Shown: piece after piece, positions 52,416 to 61,691 of the stretch
Numbering within the stretch: position 1 is the stretch's first letter
How the letters are laid out: the number at the start of each line of letters is the position of its first letter
Source: Methanotrichaceae archaeon
GTDB taxonomy: Archaea > Halobacteriota > Methanosarcinia > Methanotrichales > Methanotrichaceae
Direction: 5' to 3'
Length of the DNA stretch: 64,000 bases
Assembly (NCBI GenBank): GCA_963754945.1
Contig: CAVWIG010000018.1
Span: forward strand, 64,001 to 128,000
Notes under the pieces: generated by a model
Database searches by the model: none
Seen by the model: the letters and a program-made list of their open reading frames with translations, nothing else
Told to the model about the DNA's origin: nothing
Position numbers and translations under genes: made by a program

Positions 52416-54200
52416 ATTATTATACGTGGTTTTAACGTTTTGAGCGGTTGGCTTCTCCAGCTCGTAAACAACCAAACTATCCGGTTTCCCAGCCAAGTCC
52501 CCATTAGCATCCCAGATTTTCTTTATGTATGGACCTGCCTTGCGTAATCTCGCGTTCTCAAGCTTCTTGAAAGGCTCCTTAATAGCTGGCTTTGGCAATT
52601 CTTCTTCGCACATAACGCCGTAGCCATAGGCGCCCTGTCTAATGATGCGTCTACCCGGTCCCCAAGTTAAAACTCTGTCTATATCTTCTGCCTTCACACC
52701 GATACAGTAGACCTCAGACGGCGCAAGTCCTTTAGGATCTTTGGCCCGTGACCATGCCTGCCACGTCGCCGCATCTACTGAACCTACCCGTATAGTCTGA
52801 CTCTCGATATCCGAATCCGCGAGGCAATCATAAGCATTCTTAGGAACTTCTGCTAGTCCAACTGCAATTATGGTCCTGCGGTCACTCTCTACGCCCATCG
52901 TGTTTGCTGATCTATAATAATCCCAAAAAAGGTTAGGGTATCCTTTGGATAGCGCCTTTTGCAATCTAGCATGTAGTTCCATATTGGGTGCCAACACATG
53001 TATAGGCGCGTTTCCCTTCGCTTCTGATAAATCTTTAATGCGTTCTATGATATCTGGGATTTTAGCATGTTTTTGGTTAGTGGTGCCACTTAACCGGCTG
53101 GAGTCTGCGTAGATTGTCATTTGGCTATTTGTATTGCAAATGTCCGGGAATATAGCCTGCTCTAGTGGCCAATCCACGCCAAGAAATTTACCCCTACCGG
53201 CTATAGACTTGAAGAAGCCGGAGTAAGGCTCAAACAAGGTTCCCGAAACAAAGATTACCGAAGCTTTTTTGGCATAATTCTTTAGATAATCCCTGACAGC
53301 ACCATTCATGCGGCCCAAAGCCCCACATACATAAATCTGACCCGAACCGTCATGACTGATATACGATAACCGGGCAGTATCGTGGCCCAGGATTTCTATG
53401 ATATCGCGTAATTGTAAAACTTCCTCTTCAGTTACATTGAACTCATCATGCTTCTTGGCCAGTTTCCTGAGTTCACCCCAGATCTTGCGCTGCTCGTCCT
53501 CGGTAAGCGTCCACGGGACTTTTAGCTCTCTAACTAGCCAATTGTTTGGGTCATACTCGACCTGTCTCCAAAGATCCTCGACGTCGTACTCTGCAGAATC
53601 GCGTAGTTCTGTCCATTTCTTTAACGCTTTCAGAAGTAAGGGATAATCCTCTCGTATTTTGAGAGCCAAATCCTGTAGGTGGGCTGTGTGCGGAATTTTG
53701 GCAACATCGCTAGTGACAAGGGTATGCGCCTCGTCGAACAATACAACATCGATGTCTTTTAAGATCTCACGAAGGGACTGCGCTCTTTCACTGTCGGAAA
53801 TCATAATGGCTTTTAGTTTCGCAGCAGTCAGCGATTTCATCGATGCGTATGGTTCGCGTTCGATATCGAGTATGCAGCAGTCCTCGGCATATTTGCAGGC
53901 GTCACACTCTCTCGGTATCGACATAGGTAATTGTTCAAGTAATGGCTCTTTGGCAATTTCGTCCTGATTGTATTGACATGCCACGTTTCCATAGATACCG
54001 ACAATGTCCTCATCGGCCTCTTTCATCGTATCGCTGATGATGTTTTTCGTTGGTGATACCAATAGCACTCGTTTATTGGATCTGCCAGCAGCGATGACGA
54101 AACTCGTCGTAAAGCCTGCTCGCGTAACTTTATGGATAGCGTAATCCTTACCGTCAAGGAAGGAAGCTGCAAGAGAAACCCTGCTTTCATCTATTTTCAT
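52416..54200 (-). pseudogene. SF2 helicase-like (XPD/DinG-like) protein, 3'-truncated by IS5
   Basis: TRAGFTTS (Walker A variant), Cys cluster, FDEAH, SGT; ORF runs into the IS5 right end. Confidence 0.65.
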
Positions 54201-54390
54201 GCAGCAGCCCTCCAACTAGTTTTTATCAACCAAAAACTATAAATACTATACGAATTACGTATTAGATTAAATTGATTAGAATTAACTGTCATAACTTTAC
54301 CTTTTTTGAACGGCGCTGCGAACGTTCAATTTCTATTTTCTATTGAGCGTTTTGCTTTGGCTGTTTACTGCTTTTTTGTCAATATTTGTC

Positions 54391-54588
54391 TCAATTACTG
54401 CCACTCTCATGTACATCTATCGGCTTGACGGTGAGACACTCCCCATCAAATGTGAATTCAATTCGATCAAATTCTTTCCATGCATTCGCAACGGGCCGTG
54501 GTATGCTGATCAGTGCTGCCTTGTTGTCAACAGATTTCGTGAGTCTGCGCTTAAAGGTTAAATTCATCGTCATGTTTATTTTCAACAC
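54391..54588 (-). CDS. AbrB/MazE-like DNA-binding protein
   Basis: KRRLTK...ALISIPRPVA...IEFTFDGECLTVKP. Confidence 0.6.
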   Translation of the reverse strand: MLKINMTMNLTFKRRLTKSVDNKAALISIPRPVANAWKEFDRIEFTFDGECLTVKPIDVHESGSN

Positions 54589-54671
54589 TCCGTTTTAAAA
54601 TAGGCCATAAAAAATTTTTTTAACTCCTTAAAGCGGTTCTACTATTTATACTTTTTGGTAACAATCAGCAT

Positions 54672-54908
54672 CTACTGCTTTACCAAGATATCTTTCTGAT
54701 CATGAGTTTCCCAGATCTCCAAGACCCTAAGCTTAGAGATGAGAATCATTCTCCCGTCCAGCTTCTGAATGTTTAAGAAGTCCTTAGATATCGATAGCAA
54801 GCGACCACACAACGGAAATCTATCGTTACTCTCTGTTACGATGCCGACAACCTTCCCGATAAAAGGGCTAAATTCATCTTTCAAATCTAACTGATTCTTC
54901 ACTATCAT
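54672..54908 (-). CDS. small beta-barrel (Sm/Hfq-like) hypothetical protein
   Basis: FIGKVVGIV..GRLLSISKDFLNI..DGRMILISK.RV pattern; GGAGTGA RBS. Confidence 0.5.
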   Translation of the reverse strand: MIVKNQLDLKDEFSPFIGKVVGIVTESNDRFPLCGRLLSISKDFLNIQKLDGRMILISKLRVLEIWETHDQKDILVKQ

Positions 54909-54931
54909 ATTTCAATTTCACTCCAATTCTA

Positions 54932-55120
54932 TCAGACGATCCCATGAACCCGTTCGTATTCCCTATTGTATTCAACGAACAGGTCGAACTCGGGACTCTG
55001 CATCCATGCCAGTTTCCGCTTCATGAATTCCTGATGCAGTTGACGCTCTTCTTCACTCTCAAATGGATCCCAATCTGACCGTAAGCTTTTTATACTTTTA
55101 CTTGAATTACTAAGTTGCAT
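54932..55120 (-). CDS. small hypothetical protein
   Basis: AGGTGA RBS before ATG (MQLSNS). Confidence 0.5.
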   Translation of the reverse strand: MQLSNSSKSIKSLRSDWDPFESEEERQLHQEFMKRKLAWMQSPEFDLFVEYNREYERVHGIV

Positions 55121-55238
55121 ATTTTTATCACCTTTTTGGATCAGTGCTACCAACACTGAATCCTTTTAACCTTTATTCAGCATTCTCCTGCTGTGTTGCA
55201 TAACTCAGAACCACGATGTCGATTGCTATCGATTTTGC

Positions 55239-55535
55239 TCATTTACCTATCATTACTGATATGCTCCGATGCATATCGATTTTAGCAAATTTATGCAACA
55301 CAGCACATTCTCCTAATCCCAATTTGTTTATCTTGTCGCGTCTATCTTGTTCTACCTTTACACCGATATGGACGCATTTCCAAATCATGCCTGAAATTGT
55401 CATTCCTAAGTTGTTAGCCATTTGCTTCAATTGTTTCTTCTCATTCGGAGTCACCCTAAGAGCGATAATATCAGTCATTTTGTCTGAGTCTACCGATTTT
55501 TGTCTTTTTGTCTGCCTAACCATGATTCTCACCAA
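55239..55535 (-). CDS. RHH/MobC-like DNA-binding protein
   Basis: IIALRVTPNEKKQLKQMANNLGMTIS. Confidence 0.6.
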   Translation of the reverse strand: MVRIMVRQTKRQKSVDSDKMTDIIALRVTPNEKKQLKQMANNLGMTISGMIWKCVHIGVKVEQDRRDKINKLGLGECAVLHKFAKIDMHRSISVMIGK

Positions 55536-55582
55536 CGTTATAACGACGTAAAATAGTGAAGACGATAAAAAAGATCTGGGAG

Positions 55583-56062
55583 TTAATATTTTGCCAAGAT
55601 CTTCTTCGCTTCTCTGACCCGGCTTTCAAGGTCCGAAATGATTGGACCTTTTTCGTTTTTAACCCGGTCTCGCTTATCTAAGGCGCTTTGAACTTCTGGC
55701 AGTCCCTCCGCTTCATGAGTGGACATGGCCGCATTCGTTCGAATCGCACGTTCCAAGGAATGACGAGCATCCAGCTCTGCATCAGAGAGGATCCGGCGAG
55801 CTCTCGATAGCTTGTCCAGAAGGCCGCTCAGTGTAGGTTCTCCATCAGTGAGCTTTAGGAATGCCTCGTGGTCTTTCTTAACGTCAGCTAAATGCTTATC
55901 AGCAGCTTCCACATTAGATATCGCGTCTACTGCCCCATCCCCAACGAACTCGGCACCCCATCCGCTGGCCGTCTTCTTAGGTCGAATGTATACGAGAAGA
56001 GCTGCCTGCTTGCTCGATAGATCTGCCTGTGCCGCTTCATAGGCTTCCTCGATACCACTCAT
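55583..56062 (-). CDS. coiled-coil hypothetical protein
   Basis: ATG overlapping the upstream stop codon; helical composition. Confidence 0.65.
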   Translation of the reverse strand: MSGIEEAYEAAQADLSSKQAALLVYIRPKKTASGWGAEFVGDGAVDAISNVEAADKHLADVKKDHEAFLKLTDGEPTLSGLLDKLSRARRILSDAELDARHSLERAIRTNAAMSTHEAEGLPEVQSALDKRDRVKNEKGPIISDLESRVREAKKILAKY

Positions 56063-56766
56063 AACTGCTCCTGCTCGCGTTGAGCTTTCGAAAGGGCATC
56101 CCGCTTCCTATTCAGGGTCTGACGTAGACGGGATTTTGCTGCTTCAAGGTCATCATCGCCTTCCTCGGTCGTCTGACCGAATGCTCCCACAACAGGCGTT
56201 CGAGTATCTTGATCTACACCGCCTACACGATCAGGCGTGTTCCGCTTCTTCGCAAGCGTGTCCGCTAATCTTACCTTTGCGGTAGCCAGTGAAGTAGCCA
56301 GTTCCCCTTCTGCCTCTTCTCGATTGCCAGGTACGACATTAGATTTTGTCGAAAGTGTTCTGTGTAGCTGTGCCCTCAATTCGTCGTGCGTCTGGTTAAA
56401 TTTCATAGCAGGTCTCGGATTGATGATTTCGGGATGCTCGTCCAAATAAGTGAATCCCACATCTCTGAATGCCTCATAATGCTGTCTGGCCCTCTCGGGA
56501 CTGCGATTAGCCTGGTTTAGGATCATGAGAAAGTCATCATAATCCGGATTGAATTGGGTGTTGCGCGGTGATTCTATCTCTGGAGTTCCCTTGAGCGTTG
56601 CCGCTAGCTCTGCTTTTGCCTTCTCGACACCGGGACCTCTGGAATTGGACTTTATGAACCGTTGGCGTGCTGCCTCTAGCTCGTCGGAAACGAGCACGTC
56701 GTCTGGTTTGCCGGATAGTGTCTCCTTCAAGATGCTTTTGGCTCTAAAATAGCGATAATCTTTCAT
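56059..56766 (-). CDS. hypothetical protein with internal helical repeats
   Basis: AGGTGA RBS; repeated L-x-x-A-K/R-x-x-L-x-x-T-L. Confidence 0.65.
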   Translation of the reverse strand: MKDYRYFRAKSILKETLSGKPDDVLVSDELEAARQRFIKSNSRGPGVEKAKAELAATLKGTPEIESPRNTQFNPDYDDFLMILNQANRSPERARQHYEAFRDVGFTYLDEHPEIINPRPAMKFNQTHDELRAQLHRTLSTKSNVVPGNREEAEGELATSLATAKVRLADTLAKKRNTPDRVGGVDQDTRTPVVGAFGQTTEEGDDDLEAAKSRLRQTLNRKRDALSKAQREQEQL

Positions 56767-56969
56767 TTTATGTCACCTATAACGGACAAACTATCAGTGT
56801 ATTGTGAACATCATCATAAACCATTTCAACATGGGTGTAACCACTATCGGCCCAAATATTGAAAATCGGCTTCGGAATGCTGAACAATCCATAGCAGCCC
56901 GAGCTTAAAATTTTTCTAAAGAACCTCATCAAACTATAGAATCCGTAAAAAAGACAAAAAAAGGAAGGG

Positions 56970-57563
56970 TCATGCTTTAGCCCCTTCCGGTTGTGTCTGC
57001 TCTACGATTGTGTTGTTAGAACCTCGAGCATTCAAGGTTGCTTGCCTCTGTGTGAGAGCCGATTTGTGGGCCTCTAAAGTTCTGATAAGGTCGTCGATCT
57101 TGGCGATGACCGAAGTGATATCCTCGTTGGGTATTCCATCGGCAGTGATTGCAGACTTTATGTTGTCCTTCGCTTTGTCGAAATTGTCCTTGGATGCTCT
57201 GGTTGTCGTCTTGGGCTTCGGTGGAATGATCTGATTGACAATCTGTCGGACTTCCTTGTAGGTCACTGCAATCTTCGGTTGCTCGTCCATCTCCTTTTGC
57301 TCTGCCTTCTCGATGATCAGATCGAGTGCCTTATCTAGATCAGCATCATTCTTTAGGGCGTGTAGTGGACGAGCTGCATTTTCACTAAGGATCTCTCCGA
57401 TCGGACGAGAACTGTCCTTTAATATTTCACTTTGTGCTACTTTTGCCGATATATTGTTCATCAAAGGTATGTGCTTCAGAATTCTCTTTACCGTTTCTGG
57501 GTTTTTCTTACAGAAACCGTTGTTCTCAGCCATTGCTCGATAGAATTGCTCGCAGCGTACCAT
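56970..57563 (-). CDS. hypothetical protein
   Basis: 197-aa ATG ORF, GGGGGT RBS. Confidence 0.6.
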   Translation of the reverse strand: MVRCEQFYRAMAENNGFCKKNPETVKRILKHIPLMNNISAKVAQSEILKDSSRPIGEILSENAARPLHALKNDADLDKALDLIIEKAEQKEMDEQPKIAVTYKEVRQIVNQIIPPKPKTTTRASKDNFDKAKDNIKSAITADGIPNEDITSVIAKIDDLIRTLEAHKSALTQRQATLNARGSNNTIVEQTQPEGAKA

Positions 57564-57909
57564 CTAAACGACCCCCGCTGCTGTTGGTTTCGGTAACAAA
57601 ACCGAAACTCTCATATACTTATGCGTACTCGCGCTTGTATTCAACATTTTGGACATACCGTCCACCGTCCTTTCGGGTTTTTTTACTCGGGACTTACCAG
57701 AGAATCGAGCCAAAACCCGAAGCGGGCGGCTGCATGCAGTGATACTATATATAGTCTTCTATCGGGCTCGCCCGATATTGTTATTTTTGCAAATATCACA
57801 ATTTCACAAAATTTATAAAATTTGCTGTCGCCATTTATCTGCCGCGTGCATATGATCCCATCACAATCAATAGCAGCTTCGATGCGGCACCTACACCAGT
57901 TTGATGCCG

Positions 57910-58031
57910 TCAGTACTCCGCTGGGAGCAAGATTGTCGTTGCACTTCTGTCCCGCTCAGTAATTACCCAGATCTTGATACCGCTAGTGCCCCTGGTGTCG
58001 CTAAAATATGACTAAGTGGGAATTTAGGCAT
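57910..58031 (-). pseudogene. internally deleted plasmid-type hypothetical gene
   Basis: N-terminus MPKFPLSHILATPGAL joined out of frame to C-terminus GIKIWVITERDRSATTILLPAEY. Confidence 0.65.
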
Positions 58032-58034
58032 CCA

Positions 58035-58214
58035 TTAAGCCTTTTTGCTCTGTGTAACTGTATCCTCTGCACTTCTCTTTTCAGCTTCATGAATCAGCGC
58101 GAGTCGGGCCAGGTTGACATCTCTTAGGCTGTTAAGAACGCTCAAAGCTAGGTCAATCTCAGCGACATCCTCGGTGATGGCTTTTTTGAAATCTACAGTG
58201 ACCATGAAGATCAT
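58035..58214 (-). CDS. 59-aa helical microprotein
   Basis: MIFMVTVDFKKAITEDVAEIDLALSVLNSLRDVNLARL...; tightly coupled to its neighbours. Confidence 0.45.
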   Translation of the reverse strand: MIFMVTVDFKKAITEDVAEIDLALSVLNSLRDVNLARLALIHEAEKRSAEDTVTQSKKA

Positions 58215-58216
58215 TC

Positions 58217-58339
58217 CTACTTGGCCTCTACCAACAACTGCTCCAACTCGCCTACGGCAGCATCCCGGATTTCCTGAAGGACTCCTAGGATCTCGTTTAT
58301 CTGTTCGATCCGGTTTTCCAGTTCTGACTTAGTGGGCAT
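58217..58339 (-). CDS. 40-aa helical microprotein
   Basis: MPTKSELENRIEQINEILGVLQEIRDAAVGELEQLLVEAK. Confidence 0.45.
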   Translation of the reverse strand: MPTKSELENRIEQINEILGVLQEIRDAAVGELEQLLVEAK

Positions 58340-58490
58340 GAACAATCATCTCGCTTCAAATTTTATCCTATTTAGTTAATAGTAATATTAAGTGTGAACT
58401 TATAAACTTATGGTTGCTTGTATTATGCGATATACGCTACTCTATGTCTAGAATTACAGGTATTATACAGTTTAATGGGTATATCTATCT

Positions 58491-59369
58491 TCAAACGTCC
58501 AGGTACTTACTCTGTTTTTCACGAAGCGTCGCGATATCTATGTGCAGGTATCTCGCAGTGGTCCTTATACTGGAATGCCTCATCAACTGCTGCAAAGAAT
58601 AGATATCGCAACCGTGCTTAACCATAATTGAAGCCGGACTATGCCTTCCCCAGACATGTACGCTTCCTCGCGACTTTACTCCAGCGGCTTTCTTACATTT
58701 ATTAAACATCGTCTCGATCCCCCTCAGCTTCCACTTGTGGAACTGATCGGTATAAAATAATGGGAATCGCCCGTCAATCTCGATCCTAGGTCGAATCTGA
58801 AGATATTGCTCTATGATCTGTATGCAAGCTGGTGGAATAGGCAATATCGCAGACTTGCCGAACTTACCATCCCGGATTCGCAAGGTCATAGTCTTAAGAT
58901 CTAAATCATCATCTTCTAAATTCATTAAATCGCCAGCTCTTAGCATGCAATAGAACATTATACTTAACATTGTGTAGTATTTTAAGTTTGTTGTCGCGTT
59001 CAAGATCGCCAAAACCTCTAATTCGCTGAAGAAATAAGGAACCTTGTTGCTTACCTTCATGTAGGGTAATGTCAGCTCTAAACCCCTTGATTTATAAAAG
59101 GCTTTTAATGCTGCGCCCCAGATATTTACAGTGCTCCTAGCCAACTTTGACTCGGCTAGATCACCATGCCATTTCTTAGCATCCTCAATCGTTGGGTTTG
59201 GGCTTCCCGTTTCCTTCAAGAACCGCTTTACTGGATGTAGATATGTCTCTACGCATGCTTGCCGGTAACCATGCTCATTCAGCCAACGCTCGAACCTCCT
59301 TAGAGCAGGATTAACATCCATAGAAATTTGCCGATTCCAGTCCACCTTGATCTTATCCATTTCAAGCAC
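58491..59369 (-). CDS. tyrosine recombinase/integrase
   Basis: LRAGD (R), GKFGK, HVWGRHS (HxxxR), LMRHSSIRTTARY (H, Y). Confidence 0.93.
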   Translation of the reverse strand: MLEMDKIKVDWNRQISMDVNPALRRFERWLNEHGYRQACVETYLHPVKRFLKETGSPNPTIEDAKKWHGDLAESKLARSTVNIWGAALKAFYKSRGLELTLPYMKVSNKVPYFFSELEVLAILNATTNLKYYTMLSIMFYCMLRAGDLMNLEDDDLDLKTMTLRIRDGKFGKSAILPIPPACIQIIEQYLQIRPRIEIDGRFPLFYTDQFHKWKLRGIETMFNKCKKAAGVKSRGSVHVWGRHSPASIMVKHGCDIYSLQQLMRHSSIRTTARYLHIDIATLREKQSKYLDV

Positions 59370-59505
59370 CGGTCCCGCGCGACGTAATACGCTTACCCGC
59401 TGTTCTCGGTGAAGACATTCAAAACAAAATCAATATATTCGAGGATAGATCCTGGTTTCCTGTTGCCTTGCCACGCGACAATTATGGAGCCACATAACGA
59501 TTAAA

Positions 59506-59821
59506 TGGCGGGCTTGCCAACGGTTGCCAGCAGCGCCACAGGTCAGTTTATCCAGGAGCATTCTCATCCCCTCAAGCCTGTAAGCGACAGTTACCCGCAG
59601 TGGGTCTGCTCCCTTCCGGGCCTGAACCGGTGCCTGCAATTATGGAGCCCAAACCTGCCCTCCGGCAGGCTCAAACGCCGGTGCTATCCCTACAGGACGG
59701 AGAATCATGGTCAACATCTGGACTGACAAGCGACGCCTAAAGTCGTCCGCCAGCTTCTAGCCCCCCGCTTGTCGACGATTTCGGGTTGCAGGTGACGCCG
59801 AACCACCCGGACTGCCCGCCA
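59506..59821 (-). ncRNA. ffs: signal recognition particle 7S RNA
   Basis: Terminal helix GGCGGGC/GCCCGCC, Alu-domain GGTTCGGCGTC..CCCGAAA, helix 6 with GGAG loop, helix 8 CAGGCCCGGAAGGGAGCAG. Confidence 0.95.
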
Positions 59822-59878
59822 CTTTTAATAAAGAGTTCGATAGCAATAAAGCTAACGCAAAAAGTGGAGAGGAATTTT

Positions 59879-60130
59879 ATGGAAGATACCGACCAGAACG
59901 TAGGGTTCATCATGGGGAGCAACCAACGCCAAAGGGTGCTCCAGGTTCTCGGCGCCAAAGGGGCGCTCAGCGCTGATAAGATTGCCAAGATCGATCACAC
60001 ACCCGTACCTGGGGTAAGGAAGACCCTGGAGGAGCTGGCAGCAAGAAATGTCGTCGCCGAGAAGGAAGGAGTCTGGAGCCTGACCGATCTGGGCATTGAG
60101 TTAGAGAAAGAGATGAAGAAGAGGGGCTGA
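59879..60130 (+). CDS. small winged-HTH protein
   Basis: RQRVLQVL..SADKIA..VRKTLEEL..WSLTDLG. Confidence 0.75.
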   Translation: MEDTDQNVGFIMGSNQRQRVLQVLGAKGALSADKIAKIDHTPVPGVRKTLEELAARNVVAEKEGVWSLTDLGIELEKEMKKRG

Positions 60131-60134
60131 CCGG

Positions 60135-60662
60135 ATGAAAGTGATGGAGGCCATCGCAGAGCGTCGATCCATCCGGAGCTTCTCGAGCCAGCCTGTCGAG
60201 GATGAGAAGCTCTTACGGGTTCTGGAGGCAGGACGCCTGGCCCCCTCGGCGAGGAACATGCAGGACTGGAAGTTCGTGGTTGTAAAAGACCCAGGCCTAC
60301 GCCAGAGGCTGGCTGAGGCAGCCAGGAACCAGGAGTTCGTCAGCCAGGCGCCCGTTGTGATCGTGGCTTGTGGCACCTCGGACTACGTCATGACCTGCGG
60401 CCAGCTCACCTATCCCATCGACGTGGCCATCGCCGTGGACCATATGACCCTGGCAGCAGTGGAAGAGGGCCTGGGAACCTGCTGGATTGGAGCCTTCTAC
60501 GAGGATAAGGCGAAAGAGATTCTGGGAGTACCCAAGACTATCAGGGTGGTCGCTCTGCTGCCCCTGGGCTATCCAGCTGCAGAGCCTGCAAAGACCGCCA
60601 AGGCTATTCTCAAACCACGTAAACCCCTGGAAGAGATAGTAGTTTACGATGGATGGAAGTAA
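60135..60662 (+). CDS. nitroreductase family protein
   Basis: RRSIRSF, APSARNMQ, GLGTCWIG, LGYP. Confidence 0.92.
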   Translation: MKVMEAIAERRSIRSFSSQPVEDEKLLRVLEAGRLAPSARNMQDWKFVVVKDPGLRQRLAEAARNQEFVSQAPVVIVACGTSDYVMTCGQLTYPIDVAIAVDHMTLAAVEEGLGTCWIGAFYEDKAKEILGVPKTIRVVALLPLGYPAAEPAKTAKAILKPRKPLEEIVVYDGWK

Positions 60663-60699
60663 ATAAAACTGAAAAGAAGCCGTGTGAAGATAACAAGGA

Positions 60700-61666
60700 T
60701 TAAGCGCCGAGAAGGTGCTCTAGTTTCTCGACGCACCTCCAGGTAAGAATGAGCTGGGCCACTCCGATGGCGTTGACGTACTCTTCACGTCTGTCGCTTA
60801 TGGCGGCGTAAGTCCCTAAAGTCCTGCCTAACTTGTGTTCCAGATGATCGATCATTGACTGATGAATCTCACCATCGATGGTCATTACTCCCACCTTTTT
60901 GGCGTAGTAATCATCGCGCTCGAACTCCAGGGAGAACTCGTGCTCCGAGGAGAGGAGGATCTTGGAAAGGTCGATGGTCATGTCCACCTCCGGAACCGGC
61001 CGATCAAGCATCTGCTGGATGAGCCGGACAGAATACCATTCGGGCTTGGGCTGTTTGGTCTCCAATATCGAAGGGTGAAACCTCGACTCCTGAATCTTGA
61101 CCACGATCTCTGCATAGATCTTCTGGATGTCCACGTACAGCTTGTAGTCAGGCTCTCTCTGAAGGATCTCACGCATGACATCCTCAGGACGATAACCCCT
61201 TTCGCCCACGTCACGCCGCACCTTCCACAGTCTTTTCACAGTTCGAGAAGGGTCCACGAAGATCTTGATGTCAGTAAGATGGCGCAGCCTTTCGGTATAG
61301 AAGGGATGCAATCCCTCAACAATGACCACCGGAGCCGGGCCGAAGGGGACTGTCCCATGGATCTGACCTGTATTGTGGTCGTAGACCGGCTTATCGATTC
61401 CCTCGCCTTGACGAAGAGCCTCTAAGTGGTCTGCCAGAAGGTCGAGGTGGTTGGCAGCCGGATTCAGGGGGGTTATGCCCATACTCCTTGCGCTGCTGTC
61501 GATCAAGGCTATGATAGTCATCCATGGAGAAAGAGATGACGTTCTCTTCCCCCAGTATCCTCTTTATGCCGCTAGACAGAGTGGTCTTTCCCGAGCCGCT
61601 ATCCCCCGCAACAGCGAAGACGAAAACCCTGCCTGAATCGATGATCCTCTCGGTCAGAGACTGCAT
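60700..61666 (-). CDS. prk: phosphoribulokinase (archaeal), frameshift ~61484
   Basis: AGDSGSGKTT, DDYHSLDR, ITPLNPAAN, KPVYDH, EGLHP, WKVRRD. Confidence 0.88.
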
Positions 61667-61691
61667 GATAACTATGGAACCTGGTATAAAA

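Larger units (their letters stand above)
45251..59576. mobile_element. putative integrated plasmid-like element / genomic island next to the SRP RNA gene
   Basis: Tyrosine integrase at right end, helicase-like gene, RHH/AbrB regulators, IS load, AT-richer than flanks, 17-bp direct repeat at the ends; left boundary uncertain. Confidence 0.6.
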
